From Nanobdellota archaeon (GTDB lineage Archaea > Nanobdellota > Nanobdellia > Pacearchaeales > GW2011-AR1), in NCBI GenBank assembly GCA_030648155.1, contig JAUSIK010000016.1:242961-306960 (forward strand): a DNA stretch of 64,000 nt, given 5' to 3'. The stretch's first letter is position 1. The number at the start of each line of letters is the position of its first letter. Below, piece by piece: positions 10,463-19,938 of the stretch. A model generated the notes under the pieces. It did no database searches, was not told where the DNA came from, and worked only from the letters and a program-made list of their open reading frames with translations. The translations under genes and the position numbers were made by a program.

Positions 10463-11356
10463 ATGACTGAAAAACAAAATGTTACTGTGGAATTAGATTC
10501 TGATAATATACCTCTAGATCGAAGTGATCTAAGAAATGTAAAAAAAATTAAATCATTAGAAGGAATGTGCTCCGCAGATAAATCGGATCCTGAAAATTGC
10601 TCTGGAATGAGGACAATCGAGCAATATAAAAAAGAAGTTTTAAATCCTGGGATTGAATCTGGAAAAATTGGGGACGGGGTAAAATCTAAATGGGATGATA
10701 GAAAATTAAGATATGACAATGCAACCATTAATGGAGAAGACCTAGAAGTTAAATTTGGAGTAAGCCATTTTAAAGAAGTAAAGGATGATATAGTAAGAGA
10801 TCGGAATATTAATGAATACCTTATGGAAATTGGGAAAAAAAGATTTGACAATCAATATGCCTTTTTTGAAAGAGGCCCAGGGGTTACAGTTATTCCTATA
10901 ACAAAAGATGGTTCAATATATCTAGCAGAAAGAGGGGCTGTAGACACGGGAATTGGATTATTAAATGGGGCAGCTGGTAATATTAGCTATAAAGACAATA
11001 TAACTTTGGTAAATCCTTTAGATGAAGCTAAAAAAGAATTTTTAGAGGAAATGGGGGTTAAAGCAGGAGATATAAGATCTATGCCTTTAATAGGATTATA
11101 TGGCGACAGAACGACTGGAGAAATAGATTTTACTTATCTTGCTACTATAAAATTAACTGATAAAGAACTAATGGATGCATGGGACGGAGCAAAAGATAAA
11201 GCTGAAAGCTCAAGGAGAATTAGAATACCAGACTACAAATCATTAATGGAAATTGTAACAAACGGCAAGATTAAAGGCAGTGACAAAAGATGGGAATTAA
11301 TGTATGCTACAAGAGGCGGATTAGAAAGCATTCTACCTTCTGAAATAAATAGTTAA
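10463..11356 (+). CDS. Hypothetical protein with Nudix-like C-terminal domain
   Basis: GAAG...EAKKEFLEEMG resembles a Nudix box. Confidence 0.55.
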   Translation: MTEKQNVTVELDSDNIPLDRSDLRNVKKIKSLEGMCSADKSDPENCSGMRTIEQYKKEVLNPGIESGKIGDGVKSKWDDRKLRYDNATINGEDLEVKFGVSHFKEVKDDIVRDRNINEYLMEIGKKRFDNQYAFFERGPGVTVIPITKDGSIYLAERGAVDTGIGLLNGAAGNISYKDNITLVNPLDEAKKEFLEEMGVKAGDIRSMPLIGLYGDRTTGEIDFTYLATIKLTDKELMDAWDGAKDKAESSRRIRIPDYKSLMEIVTNGKIKGSDKRWELMYATRGGLESILPSEINS

Positions 11357-11392
11357 CAATAAATATTTTAAATAACTCTTCTAAATGATAAT

Positions 11393-11668
11393 ATGCTTGT
11401 AAAAATTTTAGGTGTGATTGATGTTATATCGGCGTTTATTTTCCTAATGATGATTTTTGGAATGGAGGTATTTACCTCGTTAATCTTATTTTGCGCGTTT
11501 TTACTGCTGATAAAAGGAATGTTTATTTTTTCAGGAGATATATTGAGTGTTGTTGATTTAATATCTGCTATTTTGCTTTTTATATCTATATTTTTTGCAC
11601 TTTTTGTAGTTTTTAGCTGGATTTGCGCTTTGCTTTTAATTGCAAAGGGGTTCGCTAGTTTCCTTTAA
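11393..11668 (+). CDS. Small membrane protein
   Basis: 91 aa, hydrophobic, two internal repeats (D.ISA...LL..KG). Confidence 0.7.
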   Translation: MLVKILGVIDVISAFIFLMMIFGMEVFTSLILFCAFLLLIKGMFIFSGDILSVVDLISAILLFISIFFALFVVFSWICALLLIAKGFASFL

Positions 11669-12494
11669 TTTTCTTAAATAGACTTATTCCTTCATAAACA
11701 ATATTATCAAATAAGTGATGGGTTCCTCCGATGAAACCCCAAAAAGGACTGTACTTATGCTCTTCTAATCTATCTGGTGTACAACTTCTTATTCCTGCTG
11801 AAAGAGACTGAATAAAATTATTTGGATCCAATGAACCAAGCATTCTTGTTGCATTTCTCCCTATTTCATATAACTTATGATTGTCTTGGAAAACAACCCC
11901 GCCTAGATTTGAATGAAAAGGATAAACTCTTTTAAAAAATTCAGCTGATCTGTTATTAGGTCTTGGATAGCCTGGCAAAGGAAAATAGCAATTTGCATTT
12001 GCTGCTTCAATGCCTTGAAATAAATTTAAGTGGTGCTCTTTTTCTTCAAAAAATTTTCCTGCTCCCCATAAACTAAAAGAATGAACAATGAACACTGGAG
12101 AGTTTTGTTTATTTGCTATTTCAATCATTTTTTCCCAATCTGCTTCCTTTCCTTTATGAAAGGAAGTATAGCTTTCAGAGGCACTAACTAGAAAATGGCC
12201 TATTCTTGTTTCAACTTCATGGCCATTTATTATATAAATTAAATTACTTGAATCTCCTCTATCAATTACCCTTGTTGCCCTTCCATCAATGTCTTCTTTT
12301 ATATATTTCTCTGAAGATTTTGAAATAAAATCTTCATAACGAAAATCATTGCATACTGGATCGCTATCGACTCCTAAAGCCCCGCCAGTGCCTAATCGTT
12401 TCAATGCGATATCTATAACTTTATCAAATGACCCTTTATATTTCCACATTCCTAAATGACCATGAAGATCTGCATAGAAATATTTGTCGTTCAT
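11655..12494 (-). CDS. PHP-domain metallo-hydrolase
   Basis: ADLHGH, GHEVET..GH, HSF, IEAAN, QDNH. Confidence 0.75.
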   Translation of the reverse strand: MNDKYFYADLHGHLGMWKYKGSFDKVIDIALKRLGTGGALGVDSDPVCNDFRYEDFISKSSEKYIKEDIDGRATRVIDRGDSSNLIYIINGHEVETRIGHFLVSASESYTSFHKGKEADWEKMIEIANKQNSPVFIVHSFSLWGAGKFFEEKEHHLNLFQGIEAANANCYFPLPGYPRPNNRSAEFFKRVYPFHSNLGGVVFQDNHKLYEIGRNATRMLGSLDPNNFIQSLSAGIRSCTPDRLEEHKYSPFWGFIGGTHHLFDNIVYEGISLFKKIKGN

Positions 12495-12524
12495 TAAAAT
12501 AAACAAAAATTAAACTTTTTAAAT

Positions 12525-12974
12525 TTAGTTGTTATTTTTAATCTTCCCATAAATCCAATTTACTAACAAAAATTCTCTTCGATAGACTTCACTCGAATAT
12601 ATTAAAGAATAAATATCTGTAAGAGAATGAAACATCATACCTAGAAAAATATAGAAAAAACCTACCCAATATAAACCTAGAATGCCTACAAGAATATGAA
12701 ACTCGATTGTGTGAAATAAATGAAAATCTCCTTTTTCTTTGATGCCTTTCTTTCTTCTTTTTAAATCAAGTGCATCCATTTCTTTGTGATACTCGAAAGC
12801 CTCACCAAGAGAGTATTTTTTAGTGTTTAAGACAGCACATATATAGTGGTCGAAATCAATTAAAAAAGATGAAAAGAAAAAAAGCAAAATGTATAATATT
12901 GACGTATTTGGCGCTGCTATCCAAATTATTAATGCTAGAATTGCCCCGAATAATACGTGCCATTTTGGTAACAT
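12525..12974 (-). CDS. Membrane-bound metal-dependent hydrolase-like protein
   Basis: H at N-terminus, LIDFDH, FHTIE, FHSLTD. Confidence 0.65.
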   Translation of the reverse strand: MLPKWHVLFGAILALIIWIAAPNTSILYILLFFFSSFLIDFDHYICAVLNTKKYSLGEAFEYHKEMDALDLKRRKKGIKEKGDFHLFHTIEFHILVGILGLYWVGFFYIFLGMMFHSLTDIYSLIYSSEVYRREFLLVNWIYGKIKNNN

Positions 12975-12978
12975 CTTT

Positions 12979-14502
12979 TTACGCCCCTATTTTTTTAATT
13001 ATATCTGCAAATGCTGGTCTGGTTATTAATATTCCTACTGTTACGCCTATAATTGTAGTAAGAGCAAACCCCTTCAATAGACCGGCTCCTGCCCAAAATA
13101 ATGGAATCATTGCAGCTATGATTATGAGAAAAGCTCCGACAATTATAAACAGCGCTCTTTTTACCCTTTCTTTAATGCCTTCTGATGAAGAACTATCCTG
13201 TCTAGATAATGATTCATCTAAAATAATTATTTGATCATTCACACCAGTACCTATTCCAGCTATTATTCCTGCAATACTAGGGGCATCTAAATTCCATCTG
13301 AAAAGGGCGGCAATTCCTAAAGTAATAAATACTTCAGAAAACATAGTTAATATTACAGATAAGGTGACTTTGATTCTTCTATATTTAACAAAAATTGCAA
13401 TAGATACTGCTAAGAAAACTGATAATCCTAAATAAATAATATTTTTTGTAAATTGTTTTCCTAGGGTTGGGGAAATTGTGTCTAGCTTTAATATTTCAAG
13501 CTTGTACGGAAGACTTCCAGTAAGCAGAACTGTCTGAAGTTTCTTCATCTGTTCTCTAGTATTTTTGACAGCATCTTCTTGACTTATCCCCGTCCCTGAA
13601 CCCTGAATTGAAATTTGGGTAGTTTCCTGCCCTTTTAGGCCTGAACTTATTAATAATGAATCTATTTCTCTATCGTCGACAAATAAATTTAATTTTTCAG
13701 TTAAATATTGTCCGCCTACGTCCAATGGCAATTCAGAAGTAATATTTGCATGTTTTTTTGCTGCTTCTGGCGAGAGATAAACTGTAAACATAAAATTACA
13801 GGCAAATCCTTCTTGAGATGGGGCACAAGCTGTAATGCCAGCACAGGTCGCATCGTTTCTGCAGACATCAACAATGTCTTTATCTTTTCCACCAACAAAT
13901 ACGGTTTGGTTTCCAATTTTAGCCTCGAATTTTCCTTGGCTTTCCAGGAGATCAGAAATATCATTTTCAGCGGCACCTGCTATTTCTATTACCATAAAAT
14001 TATTTCCTTCTAAATCTTTTGCTGATGCAACGGTTATATCTTTAAGCCCAAACGTGTTTAATCTCTCTGAAGTTATAGAAACTAAATCATTTATTTCAGA
14101 GTCAGATATAGACCTGTTTTCAGCACGGACAATTGCTCTGGCTCCCCCGCTTAGATCAAGCCCTGTTTGAATTTTAGAACTAGGCTGTTCTTCTACAGTT
14201 AAATCTGGAGGCTCCTGTGCCAGAAAAATAAAATCTTGACTCCCGGCTAGGATTTCAACCTTTACCTCTTCATTACCATTGAAAATTTTGGAGATCGCAT
14301 TGGAATAATCCTGGACTGAAGTAATTTTAATCGAATTAATTTCTTGAATGGCCATTCCAGGACGGAGGCCCTCTTTATAAGCTGTTGAATTAATATCAAT
14401 GCTTTTAATAATTACTTCAGGGGAAAGATTAGGGGAGATCATAAGCAGAGCTAAAACAAGTGCAATAATCAAAATCCAAATTCTTAATGTTATTTTTACC
14501 AT
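12979..14502 (-). CDS. secD: Protein translocase subunit SecD
   Basis: GLDLSGG, ERLN.FG, ISPTLG, IGTGVNDQIII, GFALTTIIG. Confidence 0.93.
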   Translation of the reverse strand: MVKITLRIWILIIALVLALLMISPNLSPEVIIKSIDINSTAYKEGLRPGMAIQEINSIKITSVQDYSNAISKIFNGNEEVKVEILAGSQDFIFLAQEPPDLTVEEQPSSKIQTGLDLSGGARAIVRAENRSISDSEINDLVSITSERLNTFGLKDITVASAKDLEGNNFMVIEIAGAAENDISDLLESQGKFEAKIGNQTVFVGGKDKDIVDVCRNDATCAGITACAPSQEGFACNFMFTVYLSPEAAKKHANITSELPLDVGGQYLTEKLNLFVDDREIDSLLISSGLKGQETTQISIQGSGTGISQEDAVKNTREQMKKLQTVLLTGSLPYKLEILKLDTISPTLGKQFTKNIIYLGLSVFLAVSIAIFVKYRRIKVTLSVILTMFSEVFITLGIAALFRWNLDAPSIAGIIAGIGTGVNDQIIILDESLSRQDSSSSEGIKERVKRALFIIVGAFLIIIAAMIPLFWAGAGLLKGFALTTIIGVTVGILITRPAFADIIKKIGA

Positions 14503-14504
14503 TT

Positions 14505-15389
14505 TTAAATTCCTTTTGATTCAGCGTACCATTTAATTATACCTGCATTTGTAAGCCATGTGTTTACAATATCTGCAAATAAGCCAATTGTAAGTATTAA
14601 AAATATTTGCCTGAAAGAATCTGGAAGTCCCGTTATAAGCAAAAAGGCAGGCAAGACTGCGATTAAGGCAGTTCCTGTCATGAATATTCCCGTCTTAAAT
14701 GAGGAATAAATTCTTTGATTAACAGTCCCTCTTCTATTCTTAATTACCCTAGTTGTTAGAAGAATATCTGTATCAACGGAATAACCTATAAGCATTAAGA
14801 AAGCGGCAATTCCGGCTGCTGAAAGTGAGACCCCCATATAATCTAGGAGTGCTAATGGCATTACTATATCTGCAAAAACTGCAAAAATTACAGCTACACT
14901 TGGTATAAACGATTTAAATAAAAGGAAAATTACTATTGACATTAAAATAAAAGATATTATAAGGGCGGTGATAAGCTGTTTATAAAAACTTTGGCCTAAA
15001 GAAGGCCCGCTAAACTCTATGCTTGAATTTTCTTTTGTAAGCTTTATATCCAGAATACTTTCTATTTCTGCTTTTAGCGAATCGGGATCTTCTTGAGATT
15101 CTATTATTACGGCTAGATTCTTAGAAGTTGCCAGCTCGCTTATTGTTCTGATTCTAATATCTGGATATTTTTGTTTTAATGACGCTTCCAACTCTTCGGA
15201 ATTAATTGATCCGTGCAAAGTGATAATGGTTCCTCCTGTAAGAGATACATCTTTGTACATTATATCTCCATTTTTTGAGTTAAAATTAAATAAATAAATC
15301 ATGCAAATAATGAAGAGAAGGAGAGGGACAATCATCATAAGCTTGTAGTATTTATCATACCAATTTTTTGTTGTTATTTGTTGTTCCAT
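14505..15389 (-). CDS. secF: Protein translocase subunit SecF
   Basis: SLTGGT, GPSLG, LMLIGYSVDTDILLT; adjacent to secD. Confidence 0.93.
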   Translation of the reverse strand: MEQQITTKNWYDKYYKLMMIVPLLLFIICMIYLFNFNSKNGDIMYKDVSLTGGTIITLHGSINSEELEASLKQKYPDIRIRTISELATSKNLAVIIESQEDPDSLKAEIESILDIKLTKENSSIEFSGPSLGQSFYKQLITALIISFILMSIVIFLLFKSFIPSVAVIFAVFADIVMPLALLDYMGVSLSAAGIAAFLMLIGYSVDTDILLTTRVIKNRRGTVNQRIYSSFKTGIFMTGTALIAVLPAFLLITGLPDSFRQIFLILTIGLFADIVNTWLTNAGIIKWYAESKGI

Positions 15390-15422
15390 TTTTATTAGGG
15401 CAGATTATTACTTTTAAATCTA

Positions 15423-15493
15423 TGCGCCGGCCGGGAATCGAACCCGGGCCTAAAGGTTGGAAACCTTTAGTTCTGCCATTAAACTACCAGCGC
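15423..15493 (-). tRNA. tRNA-Gly (TCC)
   Basis: GCGCTGGTAGTTTAATGG...AAAGG-TTTCCAA-CCTTT...GGTTCGATTCCCGGCCGGCGCA cloverleaf; no encoded CCA. Confidence 0.95.
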
Positions 15494-15550
15494 TTGAATA
15501 TAGTTAAATAATTGGGTTTTTAAGCGTTTATATTTGGCAACTTAATAGAA

Positions 15551-15620
15551 GGTTATAAGATGAAGACACAATGTCCGACATCTTTATAATTAGTGTGACA
15601 AAAGTTCCCACATAGTGTTT
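15551..15620 (-). repeat. ~70-bp bipartite palindromic site S1
   Basis: Reverse complement shares TATGTGGGAAC and the central TTATAA with site S2. Confidence 0.6.
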
Positions 15621-15657
15621 TGAGATAATTTTTAAATAGAGATCACTTATTAAAATT

Positions 15658-16029
15658 ATGAATGATATAAGAAAATCTAGAAAATATGCTGATGAAATTA
15701 AAAATGGTTTAATCAAAAACCCATTTGCAACCAAAGAGGGTTTGCCTTCACTAAAAATCTTGGCTAAATTTGAAGATAAGGAGAATTTTAAAATTGTGGT
15801 CGAGTCTATGAGATATGCTATATCAAGACAAAAAGGTTATAAATTATTCAGAAAAGAGCCCTTAGCTTTAATTGAGGTACTTTGCATGGCAGCAGATTAT
15901 GGTGGCGATAAAGTAAGTTATAATGCATTCCAAGCACAAAGAGGACTAAAGACAAGAAGACTCTCAATTAGAAGAACACAAAAATTCTTTCAGAAAATAT
16001 ATGGCAGTCATTTTTTTGTTAAAAAGTGA
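15658..16029 (+). CDS. Hypothetical basic protein
   Basis: 123-aa ORF filling the interval between sites S1 and S2. Confidence 0.6.
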   Translation: MNDIRKSRKYADEIKNGLIKNPFATKEGLPSLKILAKFEDKENFKIVVESMRYAISRQKGYKLFRKEPLALIEVLCMAADYGGDKVSYNAFQAQRGLKTRRLSIRRTQKFFQKIYGSHFFVKK

Positions 16030-16038
16030 GGTATCTTA

Positions 16039-16108
16039 ATTAGTATGTGGGAACAAAATATCCCATATATTTATAATATGCTGCTCTAAAAATAGCACTA
16101 TATTAAAT
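16039..16108 (+). repeat. ~70-bp bipartite palindromic site S2
   Basis: 16067..16105 matches 17712..17750 at 35/39 nt; lies between convergent gene ends. Confidence 0.75.
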
Positions 16109-16777
16109 GTATGAATCAGACATTATTTCTTTCTTTTTTTTGTTAAATGTAAATGCGGAGCCAGGACCAACAACTTGAATTTTATCATTAGTAACAAAAA
16201 GGCCACAGTTTTCTGGTATCCCTATAACTTTATTCAAGTCATATTTTTTCATATACTCAAGAATAGTTTTATCTTGACTTTTTTTATAATGAGCGAAAAT
16301 GTCATAATTTTTAACTAAGTTTAATGCATCAAATTCTTTTATTTCTACTTCATTTAGGTCGGCACTTAGGGCAGGAATGACTGTTCTAGTTAGAATTATG
16401 GCTCCAGCACTTCCACCATAAATTGGAATGTCTTTTTTCGCCAAATTTTTTAAAGAATCAAGAAAGTTAAACTCTCTTAAATTTTTAAGGAGTTTGAAAG
16501 TATTACCTCCCCCAATATACACTCCACTGAACTTCTCTAAATCTTTCTTATCAAAGCTTGTTAACTCTCTTTCTGTCCACATTTCAAATCTCTTTATTCC
16601 CAACGGTTCAAATGTTGATTTTAACCATTTTAAGCAATCTGGATAGGGGTGTTTCTTTGTATCTATTGCTATTGGTATGTATAACAGATGTTTTGATTTA
16701 TCCAACATAGAAACAAACAGCCTATCTAATTCTATAGAATCCTCTCCACTTCCTCCTCCAGATAAGAATAACTTCAT
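16103..16777 (-). CDS. Peptidase E / S51 family (GATase1-like)
   Basis: LFLSGGG, YIPIA, YIGGGNT, GGSAGA, AHY. Confidence 0.88.
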   Translation of the reverse strand: MKLFLSGGGSGEDSIELDRLFVSMLDKSKHLLYIPIAIDTKKHPYPDCLKWLKSTFEPLGIKRFEMWTERELTSFDKKDLEKFSGVYIGGGNTFKLLKNLREFNFLDSLKNLAKKDIPIYGGSAGAIILTRTVIPALSADLNEVEIKEFDALNLVKNYDIFAHYKKSQDKTILEYMKKYDLNKVIGIPENCGLFVTNDKIQVVGPGSAFTFNKKKKEIMSDSYI

Positions 16778-16828
16778 AACTGAGAGAGAATTGCGCAGAT
16801 TATAAAATTTGTTATTCACCAAAATTTG

Positions 16829-16900
16829 ATTTGTAATATACTGCCCTTTTTATAGCAGTATTTTTATAAATTAGCGGACGAAATTGGGCACTATATTTTT
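16829..16900 (-). repeat. ~70-bp bipartite palindromic site S3
   Basis: Reverse complement AAAAATATAGTG...ATTTATAA...TAAAAA..GCA.TATATTA aligns with S4 end to end. Confidence 0.7.
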
Positions 16901-17639
16901 ACAACTTTTTTAATAAATTTAAGGTCATTCTTTTGAACTTATCCCAATTAACCTTTGCCATCTCCTGCCCTAAAATATATTCTTTTCTAATTGGAGAATC
17001 AGTTCCTAAATACGCAAGACCTATTGGACAATTGCCAGAAAAATACTTCATAACTCCGTATCCTTCCATTTCTATAATGTCTGCCTGTTCGGATAATTTT
17101 TCACCTAATAATCTCAATGTTTCTGGATTGCGATCCTTCATATATTTAAGTAATAGGACTTGATTTGATGTTAATCCTGTACAGATTTTTCCTTTCATTT
17201 TGCTTGAAAGAATGTTGTTCCTCTCAATTTTTCTACTAATTTTAAACTTAGTTCTTGGTGTGATCCAGTAATCTTTAAAATTAACTTTCTTAAATTGGTT
17301 GGGCAGATAAATTTCATTTACTTTCCCATTAATCAATCCACAAAAACCAACATAATAAACTTCTTTAAATTTACTATCCCTATTTGAAATTGATTCTATT
17401 GACGGAGGTAATTTCTCTTTCCAATGTTCTTCGCGTATTTTTCTAAACTCATTTTCTTCTGAACCAAAACAAAACTGAATTATTATTTCTTTATCATCGA
17501 TTATTGTCTTGTAGGAAAATTCATCAAGTTTAATTATTTCAGTGGACAATTTATCTTCTATTAAATCAAACAATCTTAAGTCTTCTATAATATGTTTTGG
17601 CCAGTCTCCAATTAAAATTAAAAATTTATCGCTTTTCAT
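16899..17639 (-). CDS. Hypothetical protein, possible nucleoside phosphorylase-like fold
   Basis: YVGFCG, IIEMEG and GTD resemble PNP/UDP-family motifs. Confidence 0.5.
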   Translation of the reverse strand: MKSDKFLILIGDWPKHIIEDLRLFDLIEDKLSTEIIKLDEFSYKTIIDDKEIIIQFCFGSEENEFRKIREEHWKEKLPPSIESISNRDSKFKEVYYVGFCGLINGKVNEIYLPNQFKKVNFKDYWITPRTKFKISRKIERNNILSSKMKGKICTGLTSNQVLLLKYMKDRNPETLRLLGEKLSEQADIIEMEGYGVMKYFSGNCPIGLAYLGTDSPIRKEYILGQEMAKVNWDKFKRMTLNLLKKL

Positions 17640-17683
17640 TGCTATTCATAAGTAAACTGAATTAAAAATGTATCTTAACCACA

Positions 17684-17755
17684 AAAAATATAGTGGACAC
17701 TTCTGACAGACATATTTATAATATCTTACTTTAAAAATAGCACTATATTATATTT
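17684..17755 (+). repeat. ~70-bp bipartite palindromic site S4
   Basis: Direct repeat of S2, inverted repeat of S3. Confidence 0.75.
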
Positions 17756-17833
17756 GATTTTTTTTAGATAAAAATATTTTAATTTAAAAATTAGATTTGC
17801 GAAAGGCTTAAATAATTGCATATTATTGTTATA

Positions 17834-17909
17834 TTAAGGCAACAGGTATTGCCTTAAGTCTTCGGACATACCGCAAGCGTGCTCCCGGTTATTACTTCGG
17901 TAATACCGG
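17834..17909 (+). promoter_or_regulatory. Structured 5' leader (three hairpins, two with cUUCGg loops) before the NYN gene
   Basis: TTAAGGCAA-CAGGTA-TTGCCTTAA; GTC-TTCG-GAC; CCGGTTATTAC-TTCG-GTAATACCGG. Confidence 0.6.
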
Positions 17910-17920
17910 AATTTGTTAAT

Positions 17921-18478
17921 ATGATGAAAAGAGTTTCTATTTATATCGATGGTGCTAACTTTGTTTATGGCTTGAAATCCTTAAATGCTAAGTATTCTGA
18001 TTACCATTTTGATTTTGAGAACTACATCAAAATGATTGTTGGCAAGGATGATTTAGTAAGTATTTTCTATTATAATGCTTCGTTGAAACAAGAAGTAAAT
18101 CCTAGAAGATTTAAAGAACAACAAAAATTACTTGCAAGACTGAGAAAAATACAGAAATGTAAGGTTATTTTATGTAAAAGGCAAAAAAGATTTACTCAAG
18201 AAGATGAAGAATATTACACCATAAAGGGGGATGACATTCATCTAGCCTTAGACATGCTAAATAATGCCTGGGAAGATAAATATGATAAAGCTATTTTATT
18301 TTCTGGCGATGGTGATTTTGCTCAATTAGTAAAGTATGTAAAAGATAAGAAAAAAGAAGTAGAAATGGTTTCGTTTGAAGAACTTGCATCAAGAAATCTG
18401 ATTAATGAGGTCAAGAGATGTAATTTTATTAATAAGAAAATTGCTAATAGGTTTTTTTATAGAGGGGAGAATAAATAA
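17921..18478 (+). CDS. NYN/LabA-DUF88 domain ribonuclease
   Basis: IYIDGAN, KGDDIHLALD, LFSGDGDF. Confidence 0.92.
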   Translation: MMKRVSIYIDGANFVYGLKSLNAKYSDYHFDFENYIKMIVGKDDLVSIFYYNASLKQEVNPRRFKEQQKLLARLRKIQKCKVILCKRQKRFTQEDEEYYTIKGDDIHLALDMLNNAWEDKYDKAILFSGDGDFAQLVKYVKDKKKEVEMVSFEELASRNLINEVKRCNFINKKIANRFFYRGENK

Positions 18479-18495
18479 TTGGTTCAGTTATTTGC

Positions 18496-18771
18496 CTATC
18501 CAAACAATCTTTTCCAGAGAGATTTTTTAGCTTCTTTTGGCTGATAATCCTTAGGCTCAATGACTTCGTATTTAATTTCTGGTTTTGTTTTTAATAGCGG
18601 GGCTTGATTTGCTAAGTCAATATCGACTTGCTTTAATGCTTTTTCCACTTTAAGTCTAGAATGGCCTTGGCTTATAAGGGCCCATTTCAATGAATCCTTA
18701 GTATATCCTTTTTTAAGATTATTTTTTATATATTCTATGAGTTCAATCATGTAGTTTTTTCTTTTAAACAT
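18496..18771 (-). CDS. Small hypothetical protein
   Basis: YIKNNLKKGY..D.LK.AL..QG helical motif, similar to the N-terminus of 58137..59054. Confidence 0.7.
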   Translation of the reverse strand: MFKRKNYMIELIEYIKNNLKKGYTKDSLKWALISQGHSRLKVEKALKQVDIDLANQAPLLKTKPEIKYEVIEPKDYQPKEAKKSLWKRLFG

Positions 18772-18812
18772 TTAATAGTTTAGAGAAAAAGATATTTAAA
18801 TTTTTGCAAGAG

Positions 18813-19856
18813 CTATTCTTCTGTTCTTTCAGAGCTAAATAGGCTAGAGAGAGTGTTGTCTTTGTAGGCTTTTAAGAATGTTATAAAGTATGCTAATATT
18901 AATGGCCCGAGAATTAAACCTAATATTCCGAAGATAAACAATCCACCGATCATCCCTATTAGTATTATCACCTGTGAAAGATCTGTCTTTTTAGAAAGAA
19001 GATATAGGCGCAGGACGTTATCAATATTAGAAACTATTAATAAATTATACAATAGGAAAACCGTAGCAACGGCGGTGTTTCCTTGTGCAAAGAGATATAC
19101 TGTAGCTGGAATCCAGACAAAGAAAGGGCCTAATATTGGTATGATTGAAAATATCAATGCTAAAACAGATAATATTAATGCATTCGGAATTCCAAATATA
19201 TAAAATCCAATTCCAGCTGCGACTCCTTGAACAAGGCCTATTATTACCTGCCCATACACTATTGAGTTAGTTATGTCTTTAAATTGCTGTACTATTTTTT
19301 TCTCTTGAATTTTGTTAAGCGGGGATAATGCTGAAACAAATTCAGTTAATTTATCGGAGTCTCTTAATGCGAAGAAAAATACAAAAGCAACTATAACAAA
19401 ATGAAACATAATAGTTGGAGCTTCTAACAATAAATCCACTATTGTTGTTAATACTGCAGAACTGATTTTGCTTACAACACCATCGAGAGTTACACTCATT
19501 TGGACTATAAATGCATCCGGAGCTGAAGGAAAAATTACTTTGATAAAACTTTGCATATTAAAGTCTTGAGCTGCCTTGAATAGACCAAATACTTGATTGA
19601 CTAAAAATGGGGCAACAAAATAAATGGGAATTATTATTAAAATTATAACAAACAAACTGACCATAATAGCCGCCGCATTTCTAGCCTTTATCTTAGATAG
19701 TATTCTAATATACACTGGGAAAAACGTATAAGCCAGAAGAAGTCCGGCTATAATAGATAATATTATTGGACGAACGAGAAGGAAAGCTAGAACAGCCAGC
19801 AAGAGTATTAAAAACAAAGCCAGCATTCTTCTCATATTTTTGTCACTTAATTCCAT
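18813..19856 (-). CDS. AI-2E family transporter
   Basis: FFFALRD, IPILGP, NIDNVLR, GMIGGLFIFGILGLILGP. Confidence 0.92.
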   Translation of the reverse strand: MELSDKNMRRMLALFLILLLAVLAFLLVRPIILSIIAGLLLAYTFFPVYIRILSKIKARNAAAIMVSLFVIILIIIPIYFVAPFLVNQVFGLFKAAQDFNMQSFIKVIFPSAPDAFIVQMSVTLDGVVSKISSAVLTTIVDLLLEAPTIMFHFVIVAFVFFFALRDSDKLTEFVSALSPLNKIQEKKIVQQFKDITNSIVYGQVIIGLVQGVAAGIGFYIFGIPNALILSVLALIFSIIPILGPFFVWIPATVYLFAQGNTAVATVFLLYNLLIVSNIDNVLRLYLLSKKTDLSQVIILIGMIGGLFIFGILGLILGPLILAYFITFLKAYKDNTLSSLFSSERTEE

Positions 19857-19938
19857 AACTTTTCTTATAATTTATACTATATAATACTTACGGGAATTTC
19901 TAAAAAAATTTATATAGTGAGTTTTGCTCGTTTTGAGA

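Noticed and set aside
15551..17755. CRISPR array or classical integron attC sites
   Set aside because: Repeats are degenerate, alternate in orientation, are separated by whole genes and lack RYYYAAC/GTTRRRY ends; no cas or intI gene in the window
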